This document shows positions 12,867 to 24,131 of a stretch of DNA of 64,000 nt, one piece after another; position 1 is the stretch's first letter; each line of letters opens with the position of its first letter. The DNA is from Ascidiella aspersa (lineage: Eukaryota), in contig OZ004607.1 of the NCBI GenBank assembly GCA_963924565.1, positions 8,556,001 through 8,620,000 on the forward strand, written 5' to 3'. The position numbers were made by a program, and so were the translations under genes. The notes under the pieces are model-generated. The model was not told the origin of the DNA and searched no databases. It worked only from the letters and a program-made list of their open reading frames with translations.

Positions 12867-13127
12867 AGGATTGCGAAGCTCTACGCTACGCTTAGCCTTG
12901 TTTTATGAGCAGATTTAAATTATTATTGTCACACGTCCGTTAACGTACCTCAGCCACGGGGGATCGTCGCTTGTTACGAAAGATCGCCTTTAAAAATCCT
13001 TCTCAAAACTATCACAATTTAAAAAATATATAATAGCTAGTGTTAATTGGTGACAATTAATACGCTCTTAGGGAAAAGTCGCCGGGTTTGGAACAAATCC
13101 AGGTATTTAACAATGTTGGGTAAATTG

Positions 13128-13180
13128 TTTTAGTGTTAAGTGTTTTCACAACAGTGACTTTAGTACACTTAACACTAAAA
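13128..13180. repeat. Perfect 16-bp inverted repeat with a 21-nt spacer (probable foldback/MITE core)
   Basis: ttttagtgttaagtgt (13128-13143) and acacttaacactaaaa (13165-13180), with further ttaacac motifs nearby. Confidence 0.65.
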
Positions 13181-15275
13181 CGTGAAGTCGCACAGCTAAT
13201 TTAACACCTATGTGCTTATTTGCCACACTAATGTATTGTCAAAATGCTCAATTGATCAAGTTGTATGAGACTGAAGATCTTCTAAATAATAGGTTCTAAA
13301 AATGGTTAACTCTGCCTTTGGCATGTTGAAGCTTTAAAACTCGGTTATTAGTTTAGTGGACCATTAAGTGTCAACTACGTGGTCCAATGCCATTCTTAAG
13401 AATCCTGTAATATTAGCAAATTTTAAGTTTCTCAAGTTGAGAGGATAACGATTGTGTGTTGCTAGATAGAAAATCGATTATATCTAATGAACTGAATTTA
13501 ATTGATATTTCCGAACAGCAAATAGACAAAAATGTGGGGTATGTTGTATTATTATTGCATTCCTAGATGATTGCATTATTTTTTGTCTTATTCGTTTTTA
13601 TTTGTGTTTGGTCATATCTCGAGTTGAGTGCAACGTTGTTAGTTGTAAACCCTCCTAAGCCAAAGCTCCACTAAAGTGCCAAAGCCTCACTAAAAAGCAG
13701 TAAGTGATTCCTATCATGCTAAAATGTTTCTGTTACGGCTTTGAGTGAATTTCAAGCTTATCGCGTTAGTTATGACTTTGGTGGCATCTTTTTTATTTTT
13801 CTTCTTCAATTCGCTAAAAACATTACTCCGGATGCAGATAAATACGAAATTACTTGTTTTTCTTAATAGCAAATACGTATTTCCTGTTATTTTGGGCGTG
13901 CCCATTATTACGATTTGTTACACAGCAGATTATTTGCCGACAATGCCAACGTGGAAATCAAAACACAGGAAAGTGTTGGACTTAAAAGCTAGAAATGTTT
14001 GGCAAAGCGATCAACTTGGATTCGCCATAATTTTGCCCATTGTAGGCTACTTGTCAACCAAGCTTTGTATGTGTTTTGCGTCTGGATCTCTGTCTTGTAA
14101 ATGCTTGTTTCAATAACAGTACCTTTTCTCAAGTTTAGAAATATATTATAGCTATAGCGATGCCCGATACTTTGTACATCAATCCGATACCATAACACGA
14201 AATTACAACCCCTACGATACAATGCTGCATTTGATTCACTTCTAGGCAAAACCGATATTATCATACCAATTATAAACGTACGTGATGTGCATAAGCACCG
14301 GTTGTTTACGTTTTTGGGGGTTAACATTGTTGTTGCACTACATTGGCATAGTGTTCAGAAATAAAGTTTTTGGTAGACTTTTTTTTATTTTAGGACTAGT
14401 TTAAAAATGGATACTAATGACAATATAAAATGAACACCCATCTCAGTTGGTTCACCCCTTGTGAAGATTACATTCACACTGGGGTAAACCATTCATCAAT
14501 TTATGAAACACTAATCTCAACTACCTTCAACTGAACTGATATAACTTAACTTTGAGGTTATTTAAAGCAAGACAAGAGCAAGCTTTGGTAATTGTTTTGT
14601 TTAATTGTACTTTTCGCACTTTTTTTAAATATTAAAGCATAAGAAAAATCTATTATGAATAAGATATTAATTATAAAGGAATTTAATATAGTAAGAACTT
14701 ATTGACAAAAATAAATGTGTTTTCTCGCACAAATCACGGACAAACATAACTCGCGGCAAAATAATTTTACCTAAAATACCATAGTTTAAATCCATTCTAA
14801 TCTTCGCTGGTATCTTAAACACTTTTGTTTGAACTTTTTTTTTAAATGCTGAATCCACCAATACCGAAAACCAACCAACCAAAGCCAAATAATTGGTCTT
14901 GCTGGAGGCTTTATAATTATTGGGCGTTGATTAGAGGCAAGTGAGAAAGACACTTCGCCTTGATTAAATTTTGCGGAATGTTAGATCGTCTTTATAAGGC
15001 CACAAAATACTGTTTAGCACAAATAAGGTTTGGACTGAGTTATAGACATGTAGGCTGGCAATGGTGAACAGTAAATACTTCTTTAAATACTTTCTTTGAC
15101 TGTATGTCAACAGTACTATTAGCAGTCGAAGTTGATTTGCTTCCTATAATGTGCCTACTAATGGTAAGAGATAAAACGATTGGAATATTGCGAATTGCGA
15201 TATTTCTGGGAAGAACTAAGGTTTGTGAATGTCTTCTTTCAATTTCAGTTTTAAGGTTGCCTGCGTTGCCTAATT

Positions 15276-16743
15276 ATGTTCTTCTCTGTTACCTGTTGCT
15301 TGGTTTCTCTGCTGCAGTTCGCCATCGCGACATATGTGCCTTATCACGGCTACGAGCAGCCTGATTGGAAAGAAGTGGGCCACCAACCCACGGTGCGTAG
15401 ATTTTGTCTGAACTGTCCAGTGATCCAAGTGCAAGCGTAGAAACCGTGTTTCTTCTAGTCAATAATTTAATAATCTTGTCTCGATCAGAACCTTAAAATT
15501 TGGTAATTAATAGAAAAGCCTGTAAAATAATAAAACCATTGGTAATGGGCCTCAAACTGGCACTGGTCTAGTCGGTTTTAGACAACTTCGCAATATTTTT
15601 ATTGCAGGACAAGACATTCGAGATTCGGCACTACCCGGCTGCTAACTGGACAACCACCACCCTCGATGCTGATTGCAATGATGCACTAAAGCCGGGCTTC
15701 ATGAGGTTGTTCGAATACATCCAAGGCTCCAACGCAGACGGTAAAAACAGCACGATACAAAATTTTGCGTGATAATTGCACCCTGCCTTAAAATAGCTAC
15801 AATAATGGGTAATACAGAATGCCAATACTACAACCATGCAATCTTCAGTGTAATGCTGTTAGGATTGCATCCTAGCACAAACTCTTGGCTAACAGTTTTG
15901 TAAATTCGTGGCCGTGGACGTTTTTACTTGCAAGGCTGTTATGATCAGCGTCATTTTGGCACACTTTTTAAAAGTTCTTTTCCAGGTCGCACTATTGCCA
16001 TGACGGTGCCAGTTACTACGCATTTCACGCTGGGAACCACCTTGTTCGACGCCGATTTCACTATGTCGTTCTACCTACCACAGTCGATGAACGACGAAGC
16101 TCCGGCTCCCACCAATAGCCTGGTGCGAATTGAACACCGGGAAGCTATGACTGTATACGTTCGGTGAGTGCCAGGGATTAACGTTACGTGACGTAGCTAG
16201 GGCTACTACGTTTGTGGATGTTTTGCGGCCATTTGGGAAGAAAGAGCTAAATAAGAGGAGCGGTTTGTCCAACGTACGCTATATGATGACTACATGGTAG
16301 CCTAGAATAAACGCGGCACGATTTACGTTCGGTTCTTAAAATTCGGGATGAGTAAACATTTCTTAGGGCTGCATGTAAACTTTTTGTCGTGCAGCGAATT
16401 GCAACATACACGTAGTATTGTACCCAGAATCTTGCCAATGAAACGGAATGATTTTTATACGATAATGCTGGCATTTTGAAGCGGCTGTTTCTGCAAACTT
16501 TCGGTGGTTCCTTAGTACTGTTTTAGGTTTAACAAGACTTAATTTCTTTCTCCCAGGACTTTCTCCGGTTTTGCATCGCGTGGTGATTGGTGGAAGCATC
16601 TCTACCTGCTCCGCACCGACCTCTTGCGGAACGGCGTGGGCGACGACTCGATCGTGACCACAAGTTACATGACTGCTGGATACGACAGCCCCATGCGTCT
16701 CTTTGGACGCCGCAACGAGGTCTGGATTATATCAAAGAAGTAG
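15276..16743 (+). CDS. SOUL/heme-binding protein family member (HEBP2-like), 204 aa, with a predicted N-terminal signal peptide. Exons 15276-15392, 15608-15740, 15986-16163, 16557-16743
   Basis: The spliced ORF (phases 0,1,2; 615 nt) gives MFFSVTCCLVSLLQFAIATYVPYHGYEQPDW...FEIRHYPAANW...GFMRLFEYIQGSN...IAMTVPV...FTMSFYLP...APAPTNSLVRIE...TVYVRTFSGF...AGYDSPMRLFGRRNEVW, which contains the hallmark SOUL motifs. There is an in-frame stop upstream of the ATG and AATAAA at 16796-16801. Confidence 0.93.
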
Positions 16744-17688
16744 TCTGGATACCATTCGACCCTCTGCGTTTCCTGTGTATTGCTTTTTGATCATCAATAA
16801 ACTAATCAGTCGAAATTTATGCTGTTTATATCCGCTCAAACTATAACGCCAAGGAGAGAAGGAATATTAGGGTTTTCGGTCTTACCTGTGGACCGCGCGG
16901 TAGTTGTAGCCACCGTGATAGTCGTGGTTTTTATTTGGCTCTTTACTCCATCGAACAAAACTAAAAAATATTTATTCCTTGTTGCAATGTGCGTCTTATA
17001 CTCTACAAAAAATATTCGACCAATATTAGAATCTTGGTGCGCCACCTAACGACGGCATATTTGCTCACAGGTAGCTTCAAAACAAACTGGCTTTTATGAT
17101 TTGTTGTTTAGTAACGGCGAAACGTTAAGACTTGAACGGTGTAACATCATTCTACCAATTTTCATAACTCCTAAACATAAATCCTGCGGATCTGTCGCTG
17201 TTGTAGTAGTTGCTTCACGTAGCGAGCCTATAATTGGCCATTAACGAGTATTTCTCGGCCTCAAAAAAAGTTCGCCGACCACTGGTTTAATGTAATTTTT
17301 GTTTTAAATTGGAAGAAATGGAATACAGTTTTAAGGTAATAATGAACAAAATTGAAGCAACTTCTTTCCTAGAGCAACGGTCACCGATTTACGGCCAGCG
17401 GACCAGACCGACCCGCCGCATTTAGTTTTTAGTTAGGGCCGCGGTTTATTTCCGAAATGATTTCAAAATACTGTTTCAATACGTCATGAACGGAAATATT
17501 TATCTAAAGCAAAACTAAGCTATAAATTTTAAACTAAACGACAATAATTTTTTTTTACGTTTCTTTCGTTTAAAATAATTCGGTCACGCCTTCTTTATCT
17601 TTACAATTATCCGACCTGCGATCGCCATTCCCTGCAGTTATCCAGTTGTTATGAAAAAAGTTTGGTCACCCCTCTAATAGATACAGAA

Positions 17689-17948
17689 ACCTCGTAACGA
17701 ATAATAATCTTTGTCACTACGTGCTTAAGGAGGTTAAGGCCATGTCCAGGCTCGGTTTGTGATTTGGTTGCATTAGAAAAGAAAATATTTGAAAAGGTAT
17801 ATTTATCAGACACATCACAACCTTGTAACGAATAACTTTTGTCACTTCACGCGCGTACGGAAGTTAAAGCCATGTCCAGGCTCAGTTTGTGATTTGGTTG
17901 CATAAGAAAAGCGTTTTTTTTTTCGGGAAGTTATATTTATTAGACACA
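17689..17948. repeat. Two-unit tandem repeat of about 130 bp (paralog of 12278-12537)
   Basis: Same units as 12278-12537. Confidence 0.85.
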
Positions 17949-18472
17949 TTTTTATCAACAACATTACACAATTCATTACAGATTTATTCGGTACAGTAAA
18001 CGATATGAATCACCGATGAGGTGGTTTACTAATGTGGCGATATTATAAATTTCGAGTATACAATAACGATTAAATACTAATGTTTTGCAATTTGTTTTAT
18101 TGCTTCTTCTAGCAAAAGTTCCTAGTAGAACGTCTTTTAAGCAGTATTTTCCAGCTATAGTGTTTTTCAACCGAATTCCAAACCCTTATCCGAAATCCGA
18201 ACCCTTATTTCAAAAAAATCGACAACACTTAAAAAACGGCGATAAATCTCTTATGATTTGGTGATGTGAACTGTCTTCTAGTTGGACTTGATTCACCACA
18301 TATTTCTGATTTTGTTTAAAACAGTATTATAGCAGGATTTGCCGCCTTTTGTGAACGCAGCACTGTCATGTCAAGCGAATCGAAAAGCAACTGCATTAAA
18401 AGAAAAATCAAAAGCGCCATCGACGGCAAATGTCGCGACGCTTGCAGTCGCATGTCGCATGTCGCGTGGCGA

Positions 18473-21400
18473 TCAAAGGCCGAGTATGCGTCGCCGTCGC
18501 TCGTCGTCCATGGGCGCTCTCTTAGGCGGCGCCTCGGAGTTTTTCGACTTGGTAAATATCACCTTGGGTTTCTCGGCGCCCTTATTCTGCTGCTGCTGGT
18601 TATTTCCAAGAATCACATTCTCAAAGGTGCTCGCTCTCGCCAAGACGCTGTTTCGCGTCGGTTTGGGCTGATTTTGCTTCTCCGAGGGCTCGTCGCAGGT
18701 TTTCACGGCCGCAGGATTTTCCGGCGCGTCGGCCGGCGTGGTCGGGCGCTCGTTCTCGACGCTCGAGGTGGGCGAGGAATTGTTGCGTCGTGAAGTCATG
18801 TCGCTGTCGTCCACCGCTTGGTCAAGGACCGGAGCCACGGTTTGCGATATTCTAGGAAGAGGATTTTTGTTGTTGCTAATTGCAACAGGGCCGTCCACCG
18901 CGTCGCATCCCTCCTCTTTTTCCAGTTTGAAGAAGTCTCGCGTTTTTTCCTGCTCCACGAACTCTTCCATGGCGTCAATGTCCTGGTAGGTTGATTTTTA
19001 ATTATTAAATGTGCGTTTGGGTAAATCTGAGTATTTGAAAAAGCTTTTTTATACATCATATGTATGTTTTTTTTTGGACTAAACATTATCCACACTCATT
19101 TTTTTACTTACCGATTGTGCAATGTGGTGAAAAGTATACAATAGGTGTATTAATATCGGTTTTATTCTCATGGGTATGGGTTGGTAAATTTAATGATGCA
19201 AGAACAAAAACAAAAACAAGTCGGTCATAAAGGTATCAAATATTGCTAGTTAAAACAGTAAACAAAATAATAATATTATTATTTCATTCAACCTAACAAA
19301 GTAGTATTTTAAACATACTTTAAAAACATATTACAAACCACGGCGAAAAGTTAAGGTAGTTGTGACTAAAAATAAGTAAATTAGATTTTGCGCCACAAAC
19401 AGTTAAGTAGAAGGCAATACAAAGCAATGCAAGTTGAATTCTACGATACCGCGTTTTAATTAAATTCTGGTGAATAAAAACAATTAAATTAAGTAGCGAA
19501 TCAAGTATTGTGTCGACAGTAACTCCTAATATAACCATTACAGCCCACAAGCCAGTTAGTGTTTTATAAAGGCAAAACCTAGTCATCGTTTCCTAGGCTT
19601 ACCCCGAGATAATTTTCCCCATTGAATATTTGCGGCGGGATCGCTTTCGGATTTCCGCACTCGGTTCGCATAAGTTCGCGCACTTTCGCGTCAACGGCGA
19701 TGTCGATCCATTCCGATTCCAACTTGAGGCTGTTGAGGATGTAGCGCAGTCGTGTTTGTTCGCCGTCGATCTAATCAAAACAAATAAACAAACAACTTGT
19801 TTACATTTAAAGCTACAGAGCCGTGGACTTGTTGTGTGCGATCGTGCTAATAAAGAAATGACAAAGCACTTGTTTATGTTCAGAAACTGCCAAAAAGGCC
19901 TCTGGTTTGTGTGGCACGAAAGGTTTGTGTGGCACGAAGGTAATATTGTTACAAATAAATTGCTGTTCAAAAAGGATACGGGTCAGTGTGCCCTGAAACT
20001 GATTTATTGCATGAGGTCAATAGTAAAAAAGCGCTACTGTAGCCCAGATGTGGTGTATGTGGCAGCGTGGTATACATCTGATATTACTGGACAAAGACAA
20101 ATTATTTACAACTAAAAACTATAACCATTTAACAAAGGACAAAGTGCAATATGTTGAGCGAAAAACGTTTAATCTGTTTTAATATATGGATTATGAAGAA
20201 ATAGTTTTATAACAATCAGTATTACTTGAACAGTCAACCACTATTTAAGTTTTACAAACGTTTGGTAAAATGTTTGTATTACTCATTTATCTATTTCACC
20301 ACTTAGGTGAAGCATTCCTAATGTAATAAAGTCAGATTTATTTCGTTTGTTTCATTTTACATATATATTTAAAGTGAATCCAACGGACTTGAAGTTGAAG
20401 GTGTAGTTCAATTTTCAAGTACTTTGGATAACTTGGTAAATTAAGTATTATATTTAAACTGTTGCAATATAGCCAACAGTCTAGGTCACGTAATCGTACT
20501 GTTATATTTGGTAAGCTTTTGTTATTAGGTGATATTCTCCTATGACTCAACTGAACTTGAGAACAAAGTGTATAAAGGAAATCGGGATCGCCATTGCCAT
20601 TGTTTGAGATATTATTCACAGACCGCTGGTATGTATTGGAATTTTCTCATTAATGTAATGTACGTTAACATCGTTTTTGTGTTTTTAGCACCGTTTTGAC
20701 TTGCTCTAGTGTTGACTTGACTTGGGCAACTAATAACCTGGACTGCGACTTTTTTTGATGTATTTAAGTTATTTCCTAAATGACCTGACTAATACTTTAG
20801 TCATTGATTTGTTTACAACACTGAATTCAGATCTCTCATGTAGTTCCCTTCTATGACACATTTTCCAAAACGTGAACAAGGGGTTCCCCACAAGTTGTGA
20901 GCCAATGGAAGGGTCCACCACTCATGAAATCTTAAAAACCACTGGCCAAGACACTAGGTATGGCTGTATTGATACAGCACTCCGTAAAATCGTGTCCTTC
21001 GCCACCACGCCTATCGTTTTACGGCTTGGAGTTGTTTGCCTTTGCGCCGTGGCAATCCACACTTCATGGGTGTTTGCTTTGCTGTCACAAGTACGCGTTT
21101 GTCGATTGAGTAGAAATCTTGGCGGGAAACTGGGTGTGTTGGCAACTTCAGCGTCAAGGCGATTATTTGGGACGCCTGGTGCTTTACCTATTAACTTAAA
21201 CGGTAAAGTGTTCATGTTTGGGCATCACAAATGTTGGTTTAATAACGGTCGTTAAGTTGGACTCCACTAAGTGTTCTTATCTGAAAGTTTTCATTTAACC
21301 ATACTGCGATAATAATTATTTGGTTTTACTGCCTAAATAGGGATTACCTTATTCCAATGGCTAAAGTATATATAAAAAATCAGACGTCGCCTTAAAATTA

Positions 21401-23365
21401 ATCAAACGCCATTAAACCGAAACTGTTTTGCTTTCTTGTTATTCATCTAACACGTTTGAAACCCGGTAAGAGTGCATTTTGTGTTTGCACACAAATTAGG
21501 TGGATTGCTGCGTTACAATGATATTTATTTTAACAACACAATAACCAAAAATATATCATAGTTGTCGGTAAAAAATAATTTATATCGAGTTAAATTTAAA
21601 CGATTGTCTAAAAATCCGTTATAAGGTTATAACAATATTGTCATTCAGAGAACTGAATTCAATTATATCACGACGTCAATCACACTTTGTTTTCTTTGTT
21701 TGGGTGCGACCCACAGAGACATATAGGAGTTAGATATTTGCATTTATTACACAGAAACCAATAGTTGTTTCTAATCTTAGAGCGACACGAATCAGAATAC
21801 CGTACGAATAGCAACTTTACTACAATTTATTTATTTTTCTTTGTGGGATAGGCTATGTGGAACTAAGGGGGCGCAGAAAAAGTTGAAGACAGGTTTGAGC
21901 TCAGCGATTAAATAAAAGTATTTTATTACACTACCACGACAAATGGCGCTTATTACCCCAACCATTAAGTCAGTGGTTTCGAACCTTTTGTTGTGCGACC
22001 CCCTTGCCAGTTTTCAAGAACGTACGCGACCCAATTTCTTTTTGCGTTGGTTGAAAATAAGAGTAAAGGTGACTCAAAAACACGACTGGTTCACTAAAGC
22101 AGATCTCCTTAACATAATTGTTAGACTGGCACATTCTTTTACTCCTTACACTGCTAGTTTGTTTGTATTGTTTGTATTGTTTTTTTATGTCATTTTTTTG
22201 TTCGGCTAATAGTACACGGCGAACCCCTGTCAACCTCCTGCGGGCCCCCAGGTTGGAAATAGTGTTTTTGTTTGCGTTCAGGTCGCCCGAAGCGTAGTGT
22301 TAAGCGTTCGGATTGGCCTGTTTAAAGCGCGCCCGCCGTTGCACTTGACAAAACAATCCGGCCCCGGGTCGATGTTTATTCAATTACGACTCGATGACTT
22401 TTGAGGGCCGGCTTACACTGAGTGTTGCCGTGATGCGCCCTGCTGTCGACAGTCCGTGATCCGAACGCGATTTTTTTCGGTCATCTCAGTCGATCAAGTG
22501 CTGGTAAATGTTTAAACCGAGCGAGGTCCGAGGTTGAATAAGGAAATGAACAAGACTGGATCCAGAATTTTTGTACCAGGGGTCACGGAAATATTTAAAA
22601 ACGACGCCATCAATTTACGTTATAACGTGTCGTTTAAAATAGTTTATCTTGATATCAAGTCGTATTGCACGAAGCGCAAAAAATACATTTATCTGGAAAA
22701 AATTTAACTTAAAGGAAGGTAAATTGTTCGTGCTCGATTTTGAAAAGATAACACTGTTTTGGGGGGCATAGCTACGCCCGTGGTCATGAAATATTGAAAG
22801 GCAATTATTGGTGGGCGTAGGCGGGCGGCGCGTTCTATGCATATATGATGTGAACACGACGGGGTGATTGTCGTAAATAATTAATACGTATATCATATTT
22901 GTGAAGTAGTACGCTGTCACCATCGCTCAATCAAGTTCAGCTAAACTCCTAGAAATACCAATATTTTTGGAGCTAAAATAATGTTTTTGGGTAGTAAGAA
23001 ATAACACTTTCCCGTATTTAAAAAAAAATTCCCGTATTTTTTAGGCGTCGAAATATTGGCGCTGTGTAAATTACAATTTTTATAGCGTGGCTTCAATACA
23101 AATTTTGTTGTGCGTTAAGTAGCATGGTTACCGCTAAAAAACCTAGCTACCACAGTTGTCTTATTCAAAGTTTAGTTTGATACATTTTGGCTACAATCTT
23201 AGGGATAATATATCAAAACTAAAAACAGCACACAACAGTGTTAAACACTGTGTAAAGATACACATATTGGGCAAATTGGTGAGTAAACAGCAGAATCAAC
23301 AAAAAAGTGAATTAACTTACCTTGCGACTTGCCGTGACGCTCGCCCAGTACACCCGAATCACCAT
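18473..23365 (-). CDS. SH3BGRL: SH3BGR-family (SH3-binding glutamic acid-rich-like, thioredoxin fold) protein, 240 aa, with a long C-terminal extension. Exons 23365-23321, 19770-19603, 18982-18473
   Basis: Phase-0 splicing gives MVIRVYWASVTASRK|IDGEQTRLRYILNSLKLESEWIDIAVDAKVRELMRTECGNPKAIPPQIFNGENYLG|DIDAMEEFVEQEKTRDFFKL..., carrying the family hallmarks MVIRVY.S, PPQIFN...Y.GD and F.L. The symbol denotes the family, not a specific ortholog. Confidence 0.9.
21971..22264. mobile_element. Degenerate hAT-type MITE in SH3BGR-like intron 1
   Basis: Ends cagtggtttcgaacct ... aggttggaaatagtg with gcgaccc subterminal motifs. The TSD is not preserved. Confidence 0.5.
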
Positions 23366-23647
23366 CGTCCTTGTGACAATTGATTGCTGCTTCTATTCCC
23401 TTCTGAGTAAACGAACAGTCTCGCCGACAGCAGAGTGGCAATCAACCCAGACCACGATACAAAACAGACCTAGTAGTATGCGATTGCTGCCTATTTGCGC
23501 TCAAGGCATACAAGCTACTGCGACGAACCTGCGATTAATAAAAACGCGATCATGACCGGGCTGTAATTAAATTGAACGAGCTTGACCTGAAATAATCCCC
23601 CATAGGGAAACTAAAGCGACAGTCACTAATCTGGAGTTACCCTAAAT

Positions 23648-24131
23648 CAGTGGTTCTCAAGCCTTTTTTCACTGCGTACCGCCTCGAGCTTCTATAATCT
23701 TGTTGCGTACCAACAAAATGTCGAAAAACTCAACTTTACTCAAAATGTATATAGGATTATTAACAGGGGCGGATTAGCTAATTAGTTAGCCCGGAAATTT
23801 CGAAGCAAATGCGGCCCACCTCAAAAAAGTTTCTCTTTTTTAACTTGCAAGATACTGGTAGTCAAGTTTTGTGATTCTTTGTTGTTTTGCTATGATGTCA
23901 TAAAATAAATATGCATAGATGTTCCGAAAAGATAAAAGTTCCTATCGTTAAAGAAGCATAAAAAATTTAACTATACGATCATTACGATGAAGGTATAGCT
24001 TACAATAAAAAAACTGCTTAACCTTTTAGTAAAACTGTAATTTTGCTTAAAAACATACTGCGTACAGCGTACCACCCAAAATGACTTCGCGTACCACTAG
24101 TGGTACGCGTACCACAGGTTGAGAACCACTG
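23648..24131. mobile_element. hAT (Charlie-like) MITE upstream of the SH3BGR-like gene
   Basis: Perfect 13-bp TIR CAGTGGTTCTCAA/TTGAGAACCACTG; 8-bp TSD ccctaaat/ccctaaac (7/8 match); repeated GCGTACC subterminal motifs, including a perfect 22-bp palindrome at 24088-24109. Confidence 0.88.

Larger units (their letters stand above)
14748..18338 (+). repeat. Tandem segmental duplication, unit B (paralogous to about 8936-12760)
   Basis: Same alignment as unit A. It includes the intact SOUL gene and the downstream/3' UTR region shared with the convergent SH3BGR-like gene. Confidence 0.9.

Noticed and set aside
18339-18989. Plus-strand ORFs of 110, 141 and 83 aa
   Set aside because: They are antisense shadows of the SH3BGR-like last exon.
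20338-21255. Nested gene in SH3BGR-like intron 1
   Set aside because: The ORFs on both strands lack recognisable motifs or a consistent splice structure.
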